Origin: Centroscyllium fabricii | Lineage: Eukaryota | Length of the DNA: 64,000 nucleotides | NCBI GenBank assembly: GCA_051313645.2 | Contig: JBNRSN020000003.1 | Coordinates: 178,746,001 to 178,810,000, forward strand | Direction: 5' to 3' | Shown: piece by piece, positions 24,061 to 35,559 of the stretch | Layout: every line of letters starts with the position of its first letter | Position numbering within the stretch: the first letter of the stretch is position 1 | Position numbers and translations under genes: made by a program | The notes under the pieces: model-generated | The model's input: only the letters and a program-made list of their open reading frames with translations | What the model was told of the DNA's origin: nothing | Database searches by the model: none

Positions 24061-24984
24061 GAGCAAGTACTAGGAGCAAGTACTGCACAAGTATTAGCAG
24101 ATAAATAGAAGCATTACTTTGATGTTGACTGGTGTGAACAGCATTTGAAAATCACTTCTCCTGCCCTGAAGCATTCTGTCCAACCTGTACAATGCAAAGT
24201 GGCAATGTAAATGATAGGTGCATTATACCATTGTGCCTTAATAAAATTAATTATTCAGTAGCTTTTTTCACCTTTCCACTTTCTTTTTCATTACACTGCT
24301 TATTGAATTTATTGGAATATGATGAGACAGTGAATTAAGATTTGAAACAGCCTCTGTATGTCAAGCTTAGTTTGAATAAAGTTGAGGAACGGCTACCTCA
24401 GTTCTGGCAACAACCAGAAATTGAGGTTTACTCCAAATTCACAGGTTAGCCAACAATAATTTGCCTTTAAGTATTGTTCCACGCATCAGAAAGATGTATC
24501 AACATGCTTCACCGAACAGAGAAGAACATAAGCACCGAGCAGGAGAACAGGCGGAAAGAAATTAGGGATTAGGCTGACAAAGTGGATGAAATGTTTTTAA
24601 AGCGCTTTTGAAAATAGGAAGGGAAGAGATAGGGTAGAGGAATTCTGGAAGAGAGTTCCAAAGTGCATGAGTTGAAGTTGGAGCAAAACAGATGGGAAAC
24701 CAAGATAAAGGGTACAAGCCGGCACCCAGTGGTCAATAACAACAACTTGCATTCATATAATGCCTTTAACAGCAAATTGCATTTATATAGCGTCTTTAAT
24801 GTAGTAAAACTTGGGGTCAGATCGGCCATGTGATCTCCTGGACCAGTTTTCGATCGCCTAGATGGGTCGGAGAGGAATTTTCCTGATTTTTCTTTCTCCA
24901 AAATTGGCTACTGTTTTTTTTAATCTGGTTTTTCACCTCTCCCAGGTGATCACATTGGTCTGGGCGGGGTGGAGAGTAAAAATA

Positions 24985-25095
24985 AAATTGAGGTTAGGAT
25001 CAGATCAGCCATGATCTTGTTGAATGGCGGAGCAGGCTCGAGGGGCCGATTGGCCTACTCCTGCTCCTATTTCTTATGTTCTTATGTTCTTATGT
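24985..25095 (+). mobile_element. CR1 3' tail
   Basis: GATCAGCCATGATC..GAATGGCGGAGCAGGCTCGAGGGGCCGA..CCTACTCCTGCTCC followed by (TTCTTATG)n. Confidence 0.75.
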
Positions 25096-25200
25096 CATCC
25101 AAAGCTTGGCTGCCCGTGTCCTAACTCGCACCAAGTCCTGTTCACCCATCACCTCTGACCTATATTGACTTCCGGTTAAGCAATGCCTCAAGTTTAAAAT

Positions 25201-25451
25201 TAGAAACATAGAAACATAGAAGATAGGAGCAGGAGTAGGCCATTCGGCCCTTCGAGCCTGCTCTGCCATTCAATGAGATCATGGCTGATCATCCAAACCC
25301 AGCACCCCGCCCCTGCCCTCTCCCCACATCCCTATCGAGCCTGCACCGACACATATCCCACCCTATCCCCGTAACCCCACATATTCAATCGCCCTAACAC
25401 TAAGGGTCAATTTATCAAGGCCAATCAACCTAACCTGCACATCTTTGGACT
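25201..25451 (-). mobile_element. HE1-like SINE, 3' part
   Basis: Reverse complement of the 3' half of the SINE at 59221-59620, with a (TTTCTATG)n tail. Confidence 0.8.
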
Positions 25452-25577
25452 CATCCATGTTTTCAAATCCCTCCATGGCCTCGCCCTTCCCAATCTCTGT
25501 AATCTCCTCCAGCTCCGCAACCACTCACCCCACCCCGAGATATCTGCGCCCCTCTAATTCTGCCACCTTGTCAGCTG

Positions 25578-26000
25578 TGGCTTGGGGGTTCAAGTCTCAC
25601 TCCAGAGACTTGAGCACTAGAATTTAGGCTGACACTCTAGTGCAGTGCTGAAGGAGTGCTGCATTGTCAGAGGTGCCATCTTTTGGATGAGACGGTAAAC
25701 CTACTGCATTTAATCTGCCCTCTCAGGTAAAAGTTCCCATAGCACTATTTCAAACAACAGCAAGGGAGCTATCACCGGTGTTCTGGACAATAGTTATCCC
25801 TCAATCAACATCACTTAAAGCAGATTATCTGCTCATTATCACATTGCTGTTTGTGGGAGCTTGCTGTGTGCAAATTGGCTGCCGCGTTTCCTACATTATG
25901 ACAGTGACTACACTTCCAAAGGTACTTCATTGGCTGTAAAGTGCTTTGAGACGACCAGTGGATGTGAAAGGCACTATATAAATGCAAGTCTTTCTTTCTT
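25578..26000 (+). mobile_element. Deu-domain SINE (SacSINE1/AmnSINE1-type) nested in an L2 3' end (~25095-26285)
   Basis: B box GGTTCAAGTC, conserved ATCACATTGCTGTTTGTGGGAGCTTGCTGTGTGCAAATTGGCTGCCGCGTTTCCTACATT, tail GCACTATATAAATGCAAG(TCTT)n. Confidence 0.75.
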
Positions 26001-26787
26001 TAGCATCCCTGATTATAATTGCTCAAGCATTGGTTGCTGTGCCTTCAGCTGCCTAGGCCCTAATCTCTGGAATTCCCTCCCTAAACCTCTACGCCTCTCT
26101 ACCTCTCTTTCCTCCCTTAAGACGCTCCTTTAAACTTACCTCTTTGACCAATCATCTGCCCTAATTTCTCCTTATGTGGCTCAGTGTCAAATCATTTCTT
26201 GTAACATTCCTGTGAAGCGCCTTGGGACGTTTTACTATTTTAAAGACACTATTTAAATACAAGTTGTTGTTGTTATTGTTGTTGTAAAATGTCCCAAGGC
26301 ACTTAAATAGGTGTCATGTAGGAGAAAGCTGTGGAGGTCAATTATTGTGAAACCGATTCAAAGGGGCAAATGGAGCTAGTGTAGTCTAGCAAGAATCTGG
26401 TGATGGAAGTGAAGAACTTTAAGTGGAATGCAAAGGCTAGCCGCAAGAACATTGAAGAAGTCAAGCCTCAAAGTGATAAAGGCATTGATCAGAGTCTCTC
26501 CAGAGTGAGGGGAAGAGGTAGACGTGCTATAAGGTGATGGTTTGTAGGTGGAAGAAGGCAGTTTTGGTGATGGAATAGATGTGGGGAAGGAAACTCAGCT
26601 GTGATCAAATAATGCCTCAACGTTGCACACTACTGCATTTAGCCTGGCATGGCAATCAAGGAAGTTGATGGAGTTAAGAGGGAAGGCACGTCGGAGCTGA
26701 TGGGGGCCAAAAAAGGATGGCTTCAGTTTTTCTCGACATTGAGTTGGGGGACCCTCCTGCTTACAAATCTGCTTTTTTCTGTCATAT

Positions 26788-29700
26788 TGTAGCGCCGGCA
26801 GGCCTAGGAACCACACGTGAGCCAGAGCTAGAGAGAACACAGCTTTAATCAACTAGTACAAAACAAGAAAGAGAGTGATCCACTCGAGACAGGCATATTT
26901 AAACGGTCCCGCGGTTGGTGACGTTATCGCGTCGGCCGACGTGATGACGTCGTCGCGTCACCCGGATGAGCGGGGCTTTGCTCCGCGGAGTCCCCGTGGT
27001 GGATTCGATGTCCCAGTGGGCGTACCGCGACACAGCTCCCCCCAGAATCCGTCCGGGAGAAATAGTGACAGTGTCTATGTATGCCGTTGGGGTGGCCGGA
27101 TGATGCGGCCGGACTGTGTTGCTAGTAGCCTCTGGTTCTGCGGTGGAGTGTGGGCGGGTTTTGTTGCGGGAGGGCGACCGCGTTGCGGTGGTTGTGCGGG
27201 GACCGTAGTCTCGCCCGCTATCACGTGTGCCGGCTTGAGCCGGTCTATTGTTACCGTGTCAGTCCTGTTACCCATTTGTAATTCGAAAGCTTTCGCTCCC
27301 ACCCGAAGCACTCTATAGGGGCCATCGTAAGGTGGCTGTAGTGGAGATCAGTGTCCGTCGCGCCGGACGAACACGAATTTAGCATTTTTAATGTTGTCCG
27401 GCACCCGAGCTGCCGGCTCTCCGTGCCGGGCCACTGGTAGTGGCTGGAAAGCTCGTGCCGGGTTAGCAAAATCTTTTAAATACTGGTCGGCTGACCAGGG
27501 AGCGTTGGGCTCAGCCAGGAACTCGCCCGGCACCGTTAAAGTTTGGCCGTAGACGAGCTCCGCTGCCGACGCGTTGAGGTCTTCTTTGACTGCCGAGCGC
27601 AGCCCGAGGAGGACCCATGGAAGGCGGTCGGTCCACGATGCGTCTTTTAGCGTGGCCCGTAGTGATGCCTTCATAGAGCGGTGGAACCGTTCGCATAGGC
27701 CGTTCGCCTGTGGGTGGTATGCGGTGGTTCGGTGTAGCGTTACCCCGAGGTCGCGGGCGATGGCCGCCCATAATGCCGACGTAAACTGGGGTCCTCTGTC
27801 GGAGGTGATGTCTGTGGGCACGCCAAATCGGGCGACCCAGGTGGCGATGAACGCCCTGGCCAAGTCCGTGGTGCCGGTGGCGGTGAGGGGGACTGCTTCT
27901 GGCCAGCGAGTGTTGCGGTCGACCATGGTCATTAGGTGCGTGTGGCCCCGGGATGGCGGTAGTGGCCCGACGAGATCGATGTGGACATGGTCAAAACGCC
28001 TGGCCGGTACTTTAAAATTTTCCAGCGGTGCCCTGATGTGCTTATGCACTTTGGAGCGCTGCCAGGCTATGCAGGAGCTGGCCCAGGCGTGGACGTCCTT
28101 GCGCAGGCCGCGCCATACGAAACGGGCCGATATTAACATAATGGACGCGCGGGCGCCGGGGTGGGACAGGTCATGGAGGGTCCTAAAGATATGTTGCCTC
28201 CAAGCGTGGGGCACGATGGGCCTGGGTTGCGGTAACAATACGTCGCAGCAGACGACGGTTGCAGCGGGGCCGTGCACGATATTGGCCAAGTGGAGGCCGG
28301 GGAGGTTAGTTGCTGCGTTGAGTAGGTCGGGGTCGGCCAGCTGGTCAGCGGCCAGCTGGGCGTAATCGACCGCCATTTGGGCGGCGTTAATGGTGGGGCG
28401 TGAGAGGCAGTCAGCGACCACGTTGTCGCGGCCGGAAATATGCTGGATGTCGGTTGTAAATTCCGACACGGCCGCGAGTTGGCGCTGCTGCCTGGCCGAC
28501 CAGGGTTCAGCGACCTTAGCCATCGCAAATGTGAGTGGCTTATGGTCGCTGAAGGCTGTAAAGTGGCGGCCCTCCAAGAGGAAACGAAAATGTCGCACCG
28601 CCAGATGGAGAGCCAGCAGCTCCCTATCAAAGGCGCTGTATTTAACCTCTGGGTGCTGGAGTTGCCGGCTGAAAAAGGTCAAGGGCTGCCACGAGTTGCC
28701 GGTCCACTGCTCAAATACGGCCCCGACCGCGTGGTCGGAGGCGTCGGTTGTGAGGGCTACTCTGTCGTTGGGCCTAGGGTGGGCTAGGAGGGTGGCGTTA
28801 GCCAGGGCGGTTTTAGTTGCGGTAAAGGCGGTGGCGGCTTCGGCCGTCCACTCGACCGCAGCCTTATTGGACTGCCCGCAGGTGGCCTGGTATAAGGGGG
28901 CCATGAGAGCGGCTGCTCCCGGGATAAAGCGGTTATAAAAATTAACCATCCCCAGAAATTCCTGCAGCCCGTTAATGGAGTGCGGGCGGGGGTATTCTTG
29001 TACCGCCTGCACCTTAGAGGGCAGGGGTATGGCCCCTGTTTGGGAAATGCGGTGGCCGAGGAAGTCAATGGTATCGAGGCCGAATTTACATTTGGTAGGG
29101 CTTAAGATAAGGCCGTGTTCGGTAAGGCATTGGAACAGGGTCCTGAGGTGCAGGAGGTGTTCCTGGGGGGAGGTGCTGGCCACGAGGATGTCGTCTAAGT
29201 AGACGAAGATGAACTTCAAGTCCCGTAGGACCGAGTCCATGAGGCGCTGGAAGGCCTGGGCTGCGTTTTTAAGGCCAAAGGGCATCCTAAGGAACTCGAA
29301 GAGTCCGAAGGGAGTAATGACGGCCGTTTTAGGAATGTCCGCCGGGTGCACCAGAACCTGGTGGTAGCCACGCACCAGGTCGATCTTAGAAAAGATCGTA
29401 CAACCCGCTAATCTGGCGGAAAAATCCTGGATGTGGGGTACGGGGTACCTATCCGGGGTAGTGGCGTTGTTAAGGCGGCGGTAGTCGCCGCAGGGGCGCC
29501 AGCCTCCGTCGGGCTTGGGGGCTATGTGGAGCGGAGAGGACCAGGGGCTGCTGGAGCGGCGGATTATACCGAGTTGTTCCATAGTGCGGAACTCGGCGCA
29601 GGCGATCTCCTGCTTGGCCGGGTCGAGCCTACGGGCGTGGGCATGGACGGGAGGGCCTGTGGTAGTTATAAAATGTTCCACCCCGTGTTTGGCCTTGCGG

Positions 29701-31234
29701 GCGGTGAACGTGCGGTTTGTTAGGGCAGGGAACTCTGCCAGGAGCGTGCCGTAGGCATCGGAGTCCCTGGAGCGGCATTGGGCTGCCGCGTGGGCCAGGA
29801 GTGCGGGCCCTGTGGAGCATGGGATGGTCGTCATGGTGTTTATATTTACCAAGCGGCGCCGAGTTACATCGACCAGTAGGCTGTAGGCGCAGAGGAAGTC
29901 TGCCCCGAGGAGGGGAGAAGTGACCTGGGCCGTTACAAAATCCCAGGTGTACGCGTGGCTTGCAAGGGTTATGGTTAGCTTGCGGGTGCCGTACGTTTTT
30001 ATATTAGAGCCGTTGGCTGCCGCTAGTGGCGGGCCCCGGATACCTCGTTTGGTTTCTGCAGGGGAGGCTGGCACGATGCTGTGCTGCGCGCCTGTGTCGC
30101 AGAGGAACCTGAGGCCTGTACCGCTGTCTGTGGCAAAGAGCAGTGCTCCTGTGTGGCCTACAGACATGGTGGGGGATGAGTTGGGCCGTGGCTTGAACGC
30201 GCATGGCTGGACGCAGAGGTGCGCTTTGTGTTCGAACCGCGTGTGGTAATAGCACCAGCCGGTGCTAGAGGGACGCGGTTGTCTGGGTGGGCGCGGGGCC
30301 CTGGGTTCAGGCGTAAAGTTGTGCCTGGGGGGTGATTGGCTGCGCTCTACCGATGCGGAGTTAGGGTCGCACGTGGTTGAGCGGGTGCGCTGCGCCTCCA
30401 TGAGCCTGTCGGCCTCCTCTCCGAGCTCGTCATCGGTCCGGTGGCCAAGGGCCGCCAAGGCCGGTTTGATGGCGCGGGGCAGTTTAAGGAGGAAGACAGT
30501 GCGGAAGAGGGAGGCTGAGTTGGGTGTAAGCGCTTGCAACTGACCTAAGAGGTCCGATGGGTCTGCGTCCCCGAGTTCAGGGAGGTCGAGGAGTTGGCAG
30601 TCGCGCTCAAATTGGGAGGGGGTAAATTTTTTGATTATCGCGGCCTTAAGCGTTTCATACCTGCCTGCGCTGGGCACGCGCTGTATTTTTGACCACATCC
30701 GATCAATCGTCGTCTGTGGTAGGGCTGTGAACACCAGGTCGTAGCGGTCGTCCCCGTGGATGCCATGTGTGCGGCAGCTGGCCTCGATACAGATGAACCA
30801 GGCCGCTGGCCGTTGCTCCCAGAACTCGGGTAGAGTCAATCCACGTCCGGCGTTCTGTCCAGCTCCCTGCTTTCGTGGAGCTTGGTTTCTTGGGTTTACC
30901 GTGTTCTCTGATAAAAGTCTTTGTCTGGTGGTTCCAGATCCCGCGGCAGCTTTTCTTCTCTGGAAGTCGTTCCAGTTCGGGGTCACCACTGTAGCACCGG
31001 CAGGCCTAGGAACCACACGTGAGCCAGAGCTAGAGAGAACACAGCTTTAATCAACTAGTACAAAACAAGAAAGAGAGTGAACCACTCGAGACAGGCATAT
31101 TTAAACGGTCCCGCGGTTGGTGACGTCATCGCGTCGGCCGACGTGATGACGTCGTCGTGTCACCCGGATGAGTGGGGCTTTGCTCCGCAGAGTCCCCATG
31201 GCGGATTTGATGTCCCAGTGGGCGTACCGCCACA
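26788..31234 (-). mobile_element. Full-length Gypsy LTR retrotransposon (4.45 kb) with tRNA-Trp PBS
   Basis: 245-bp LTRs at 26788-27032 and 30990-31234 (TG..CA, about 10 differences), TSD ATAT, PBS TGGTGACCCCGA, PPT GGGGGGAG. Confidence 0.95.
27075..30990 (-). pseudogene. Gypsy gag-pol polyprotein with one premature stop at 27348
   Basis: LPEFW gag, CYYH..HLC, LCDTGA protease, YLDD RT, TDAS RNase [21 protein letters not shown] integrase. The frame continues past TGA into PYDGPY..IDRLKPAH. Confidence 0.9.
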
Positions 31235-32299
31235 ATATGCCATTTTCTCCTCCAAGCAGAGAAGCAGTATTGAAATGCTGGAAGTATCAGGAGCACATAA
31301 TGGAACATCCACTTGCTGATTCCACAGCTCATCATGGACATGAGTACAAGAACATGCATTATGCCGCTTGATTTTATTAGAAGGACTTCTTGGATGAACT
31401 CCTTTTAAGCTGTCAGTGTAGCAAGAGCTTCAGGTAGAATTGCAGCTGTAATTTGTGTCATGTTGCAGAATGGAAATGCATGGACAGCACTCAAAAGGTA
31501 GTCTGGGTGGGAGGAAAGACCGTGGCATGTATATTTTGTCCATCTACTTGGTATAAGTCTTATCATATATGATCATGCCAAGTCAGCAAAGTTTTCCCTT
31601 TATGGAGCCAGGTCCTGTATTGTCATTTGGGGTTACCTTCTCCCAGGCATTGCAGACTTCTTTCCTGTGGGATGGGTCCCTGGAGTGTTAAATAAGGTAA
31701 CTCTCCTGTGCTTCACTTCTTTCGGCAACGCCTCTACTGCTGCATTAGGAAACCTAATGAGTGTTCTGAAATACCCCTGCACAAGTGTAGCAAAACACAC
31801 TCCTCTTTTTGCAACTATACAATGCTCTTTTTTAAGTTAAAGGATAAATGTTCCTTTTCCTCACTCATGGTACAGAACTGCACCCATTGGGAGCGCCTAT
31901 TTGGAAACTGCATGACGGCAGTGTGCTGGGGCAACATCAGGGCCACACAATTGCATGGGGCCCAAAGTGGATCCAATGATAGAAAAAATAATTTTAGGGC
32001 CCAAAACCCAAACTTGGCATAAGGCCCCTGCAAGTCAGAAGCCACCGCTGGCAGTGTGTGCTTTTCTATCTAAAAATTAATTAACAGAAAATCACAGGCT
32101 ACAGGAGTGCAATTTTCTTGAAATGTGCTCTCATCGGGCATTTCCCCACCCCAGTAGCACTAAAGCGGAAAGTTTACCCTTCCATGGGAATTGGGGAAAA
32201 CTGGCTGGAGTCATACCCAACACAAAGGAAGATGGTTGTGGTTGTTCGACGCCAATCATCTCAGCCCCCGGGCAGTGTCCTAGGCCCACATTGTTCTCT

Positions 32300-32404
32300 C
32301 TCCGAAAGCTTGTGATTTCAAATAAAACTGTTGGACTATAACCTGGTGTTGTGTGACTTCTTACAATTGTCCACCCCAGTCCAACACCGGCACCTCCGCA
32401 TCAT
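32300..32404 (+). mobile_element. Penelope-type pLTR 3' fragment plus tail
   Basis: CTCCGAAAGCTTGTGATTTCAAATAAAACTGTTGGACTATAACCTGGTGTTGTGTGAC..CACCTCCGCATCATG. Confidence 0.75.
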
Positions 32405-32480
32405 GATATAACCAAAGATGGCTAGGAAAACAAACACCCTACTTGAAGTGTCTTTAATTTACATGTTGTAAATATGATAC

Positions 32481-34090
32481 TGTGGGAGGCTACGGTCTCC
32501 CGCGTAAAGAAATAGTCAACACAGCGAGCTACAATAAATAGGTCTTTACTCCAACTCTCAATACAGCACTGAATTTGTAAAGCCTGTGAACCTGTGATGA
32601 CTCACGGGTTGGTCACCTGCTGGAACCTGATTGGCTTTCCTTCTCTCAGCAGCAGGCAAGTCTGAACATGCCTTATTCCTCTCAGCTTGAAACTGTCTTG
32701 CGGGGGATGGGGAATACAGCAGTTAAAAGGAGATTATACAGGTTTATCTGCATACACACAGTGCTTCCCCAATGTGGCAATGCATACGCCCCCCCCCTAT
32801 AATCCTCGTTAACTATAAAAGTCAGTCTCTGCGGAGGTTTGACCAAGCGGCCGTAGTGGCTGTAGTAGTCACCTGGTGTGTGAGGAGGGCTGTCTGGGAG
32901 GTCGGCTGGTTGGTTTGTTGGCTGGTCTGGTGGCTGGTCTGCCGGTGGGCTGGTTGGATGGGCTGCCGGCGAAGGTGGGGCGGCAGCCGGAAAGTAAGGT
33001 TCTGGCATGTCTTGGTCCTCTTGTGGGGCCGCCGCCAATGCGGGAGGTCTGCCCCACTGTGGGGGAAGAGCCGGTCGAACCGGGAAGCTGAGGCCCAGGT
33101 GGGCCGGTTTGAGGCGGTCTACTGAAATAAGGTCCGGCTTCCTGCCGACGTTGATAAGAAAAGCTTTGTCCCCCGTCTCCAATACTGGGAAAGGGCTGGT
33201 GTATGGTGCCTGCAGTGGGCCTCTGTGCGCATCCCAGTGCATGAAGACGAACTCTGCATGTCGTAAGTCTCGAGGCACGTAGGACGGCTGTGGGCCGTGT
33301 TGCGAAGTGGGCACTGGACGGAATTGCTGGGCCGCGTCCTGGTGCAGGGAAAGCTGTCTGGCAGCTGACCATGGCTCCATTGTCAGGGAGAGGAAGTTGC
33401 CGAGGCCTGGTAGTGAGAGAAGCCTGCGGACCCTCTCCTCCCTGGACAGGCCGTAAGCCTGCAGCAAGCGGCCCTTAATGGTTGAGTACTTGCCGGTCTG
33501 TGGTGGGTTCCCCAGCAGGTCGAGAATTTCGGCGGCGGTGGAGCTTGCTAGTGCTGAGACTACGTGGAGGTACCTTTCTTCATCGTCTTGAACCCTGCGA
33601 AGGGTGAATTGGGCCTCCGTGTGTGCAAACCAAGCTGGTGCTTGGTGTTCCCAGAAGGTGGGGAGCTTCAAGGACGCGGCGCCGGCCGACATCGGGCTGC
33701 TGCTGGTTGCCATTGGGTCGTTGCTGGCCTCTGTAGGGCTGCATGAGTCAGGGGCGCCGGCCGCCGACATTCAGGGTCACCAATGTGGGAGGCTATGGTC
33801 TCCCGCGTAAAGAAATAGTCAACACAGCGAGCTACGAGAAATAGGTCTTTACTCCAACTCTCAATACAGTACTGAATTCGTAAAGCCTGCGAACCTGTGA
33901 TGACTCACGGGTTGGTCACCTGCTGGAACCTGATTGGCTTTCCTTCTCTCAGCAGCAGGCAAGTCTGAACATGCCTTATTCCTCTCAGCTTGCAACTGTC
34001 TTGCAGGGGGAGGGGAATACAGCAGTTAAAAGGGGATTATACAGGTTTATCTACATACACACAGTGCTTCCACAATGTGGCAATGCCACA
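32481..34090 (-). mobile_element. Non-autonomous mini-Gypsy (1.6 kb, internal deletion)
   Basis: ~305-bp LTRs at 32481-~32784 and 33784-34090, TSD ATAC, PBS TGGTGACCCTGA, PPT AGGGGGGGG. The ORF joins a gag N-terminus (LKLPTFW..AWF) to an integrase tail (VDRLKPAH). Confidence 0.9.
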
Positions 34091-35067
34091 ATACCAAGAG
34101 AACATTTTGAAGATATGACTTCAATAGATGCACCAAGCAATCACATGGTTTTTGTATTGAACTTGGAACACCACGGAGACAGGAGTCTGTGGTTCTAACC
34201 AATTAAGGTGGTTTTAGAATTGAATGGATGACCTTCGATAAGAATGGCATCAAAGAGATAAATCTGTAATAACAATTTTCTATGATAAATTTTTGGAACA
34301 CCTAAAGGTAGAGACATAATTCAGCAGCTAAATTGACAATAATAATAGAAAAATATCAACAGCAAGATGACTAGGGTAAATTAGCTTACATCAGCAGAAA
34401 ACTTCAAAGCATATACCACTATAAAAGGTATAAAATAGAGCTTTTCAAACAGACCGTCAGAAGTCACTGGAAAGGGACAAAGCGATTCTCTCAACTTCAG
34501 AGGCACGCTCTGTAAGTTTTTAATTCTGAGTCTCAGGGATCAAGGTACTTTGAATTTGATTTTGGTGGTTATTCTGGATTAGAATTAAGCATAAGAAATG
34601 TATAAATGTAACAAAGTTAAGATTTGAGAATAAGGATCTCTGAGGATAAGAAATGTAAGCTATATATTTTTGAACTGTTAACGTTGTGAAGGACTCACAA
34701 GCTGTTACTGTATGTCGGCTTTTAAATAAATCGATATATTTTTAGAATTGTCTCATGTAGTATTTCTGTATCAAACTCACAAACTCAATTTCTGTACACT
34801 CTTGAGGAGTTGCAGAATTCTGGTGGGTATTCCAGACCCTCATAATATCTGGAAGGTTACAGTCTAGCTAAACTTATTAAAAGTGCTGTCCGGAGAATGG
34901 TAACATCTTCACATCATTCCTTTCCTTTAGGAGAGATAGTCTGAACCTTTAGACCCAATTAAGCATCTTATAGAATTTAGCTGTCTTTAACTTTAGTGGA
35001 AGGCGAACGTCAGGGGAATACGCTTGATCTGGGGTAGCCCGAAAAGGGCTAGGACTAGTAATTATCC

Positions 35068-35510
35068 CTTCAAAGGCACAAGTCAGGAGTGTGATGGAAT
35101 ACTCTCCACTTGCCTGGATGAGTGCATCTCCAACAACACTCAAGAAACTCAACACCATCCAGGACAAAGCTGCCCGCTTGATTGGCACCCCATCCACCAC
35201 CTTAAACATTCACTCCCTCCACCACCGATGCACCGTGGCTGCAGTGTGTACCATCCATAATACGCACTGCAGCAACTCATCAAGGTTTCTTCAACAGCAC
35301 CTCCCAAACCTGCAACCTCTACCACCTAGAAGGACAAGGGCAGCAGGTGCATGGGAACACCACTGCCTCCAAGTTCTGCTCCAAGTCGCACACCATCCTG
35401 ACTTGGAAATATATCTCCATTCCTTCATCGTCCCTGGGCCAAAATTCTGGAACTCCATACCTAACAGCACTATGGGAGTACCTTCACCAAACAGACTGCA
35501 GCGATTGAAG
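35068..35510 (+). mobile_element. CR1/L2-group LINE ORF2 C-terminal fragment
   Basis: KAQVRSVMEYSPLAW..IQDKAARLI..SLHHR..FWNSIP; a piece of the same family lies at ~32200-32290. Confidence 0.7.
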
Positions 35511-35559
35511 AATTTACATAAAGAGCAAGAGGATAACTAAAGAAAGAGGAGGACCTATC

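Noticed and set aside
27511-31050. Many overlapping and antisense ORFs in the Gypsy elements
   Set aside because: These are shadow frames of GC-rich coding DNA.
34100-35060. AT-rich unique stretch, possibly an LTR or ERV remnant
   Set aside because: No TG..CA/TSD pair or coding motif could be identified.
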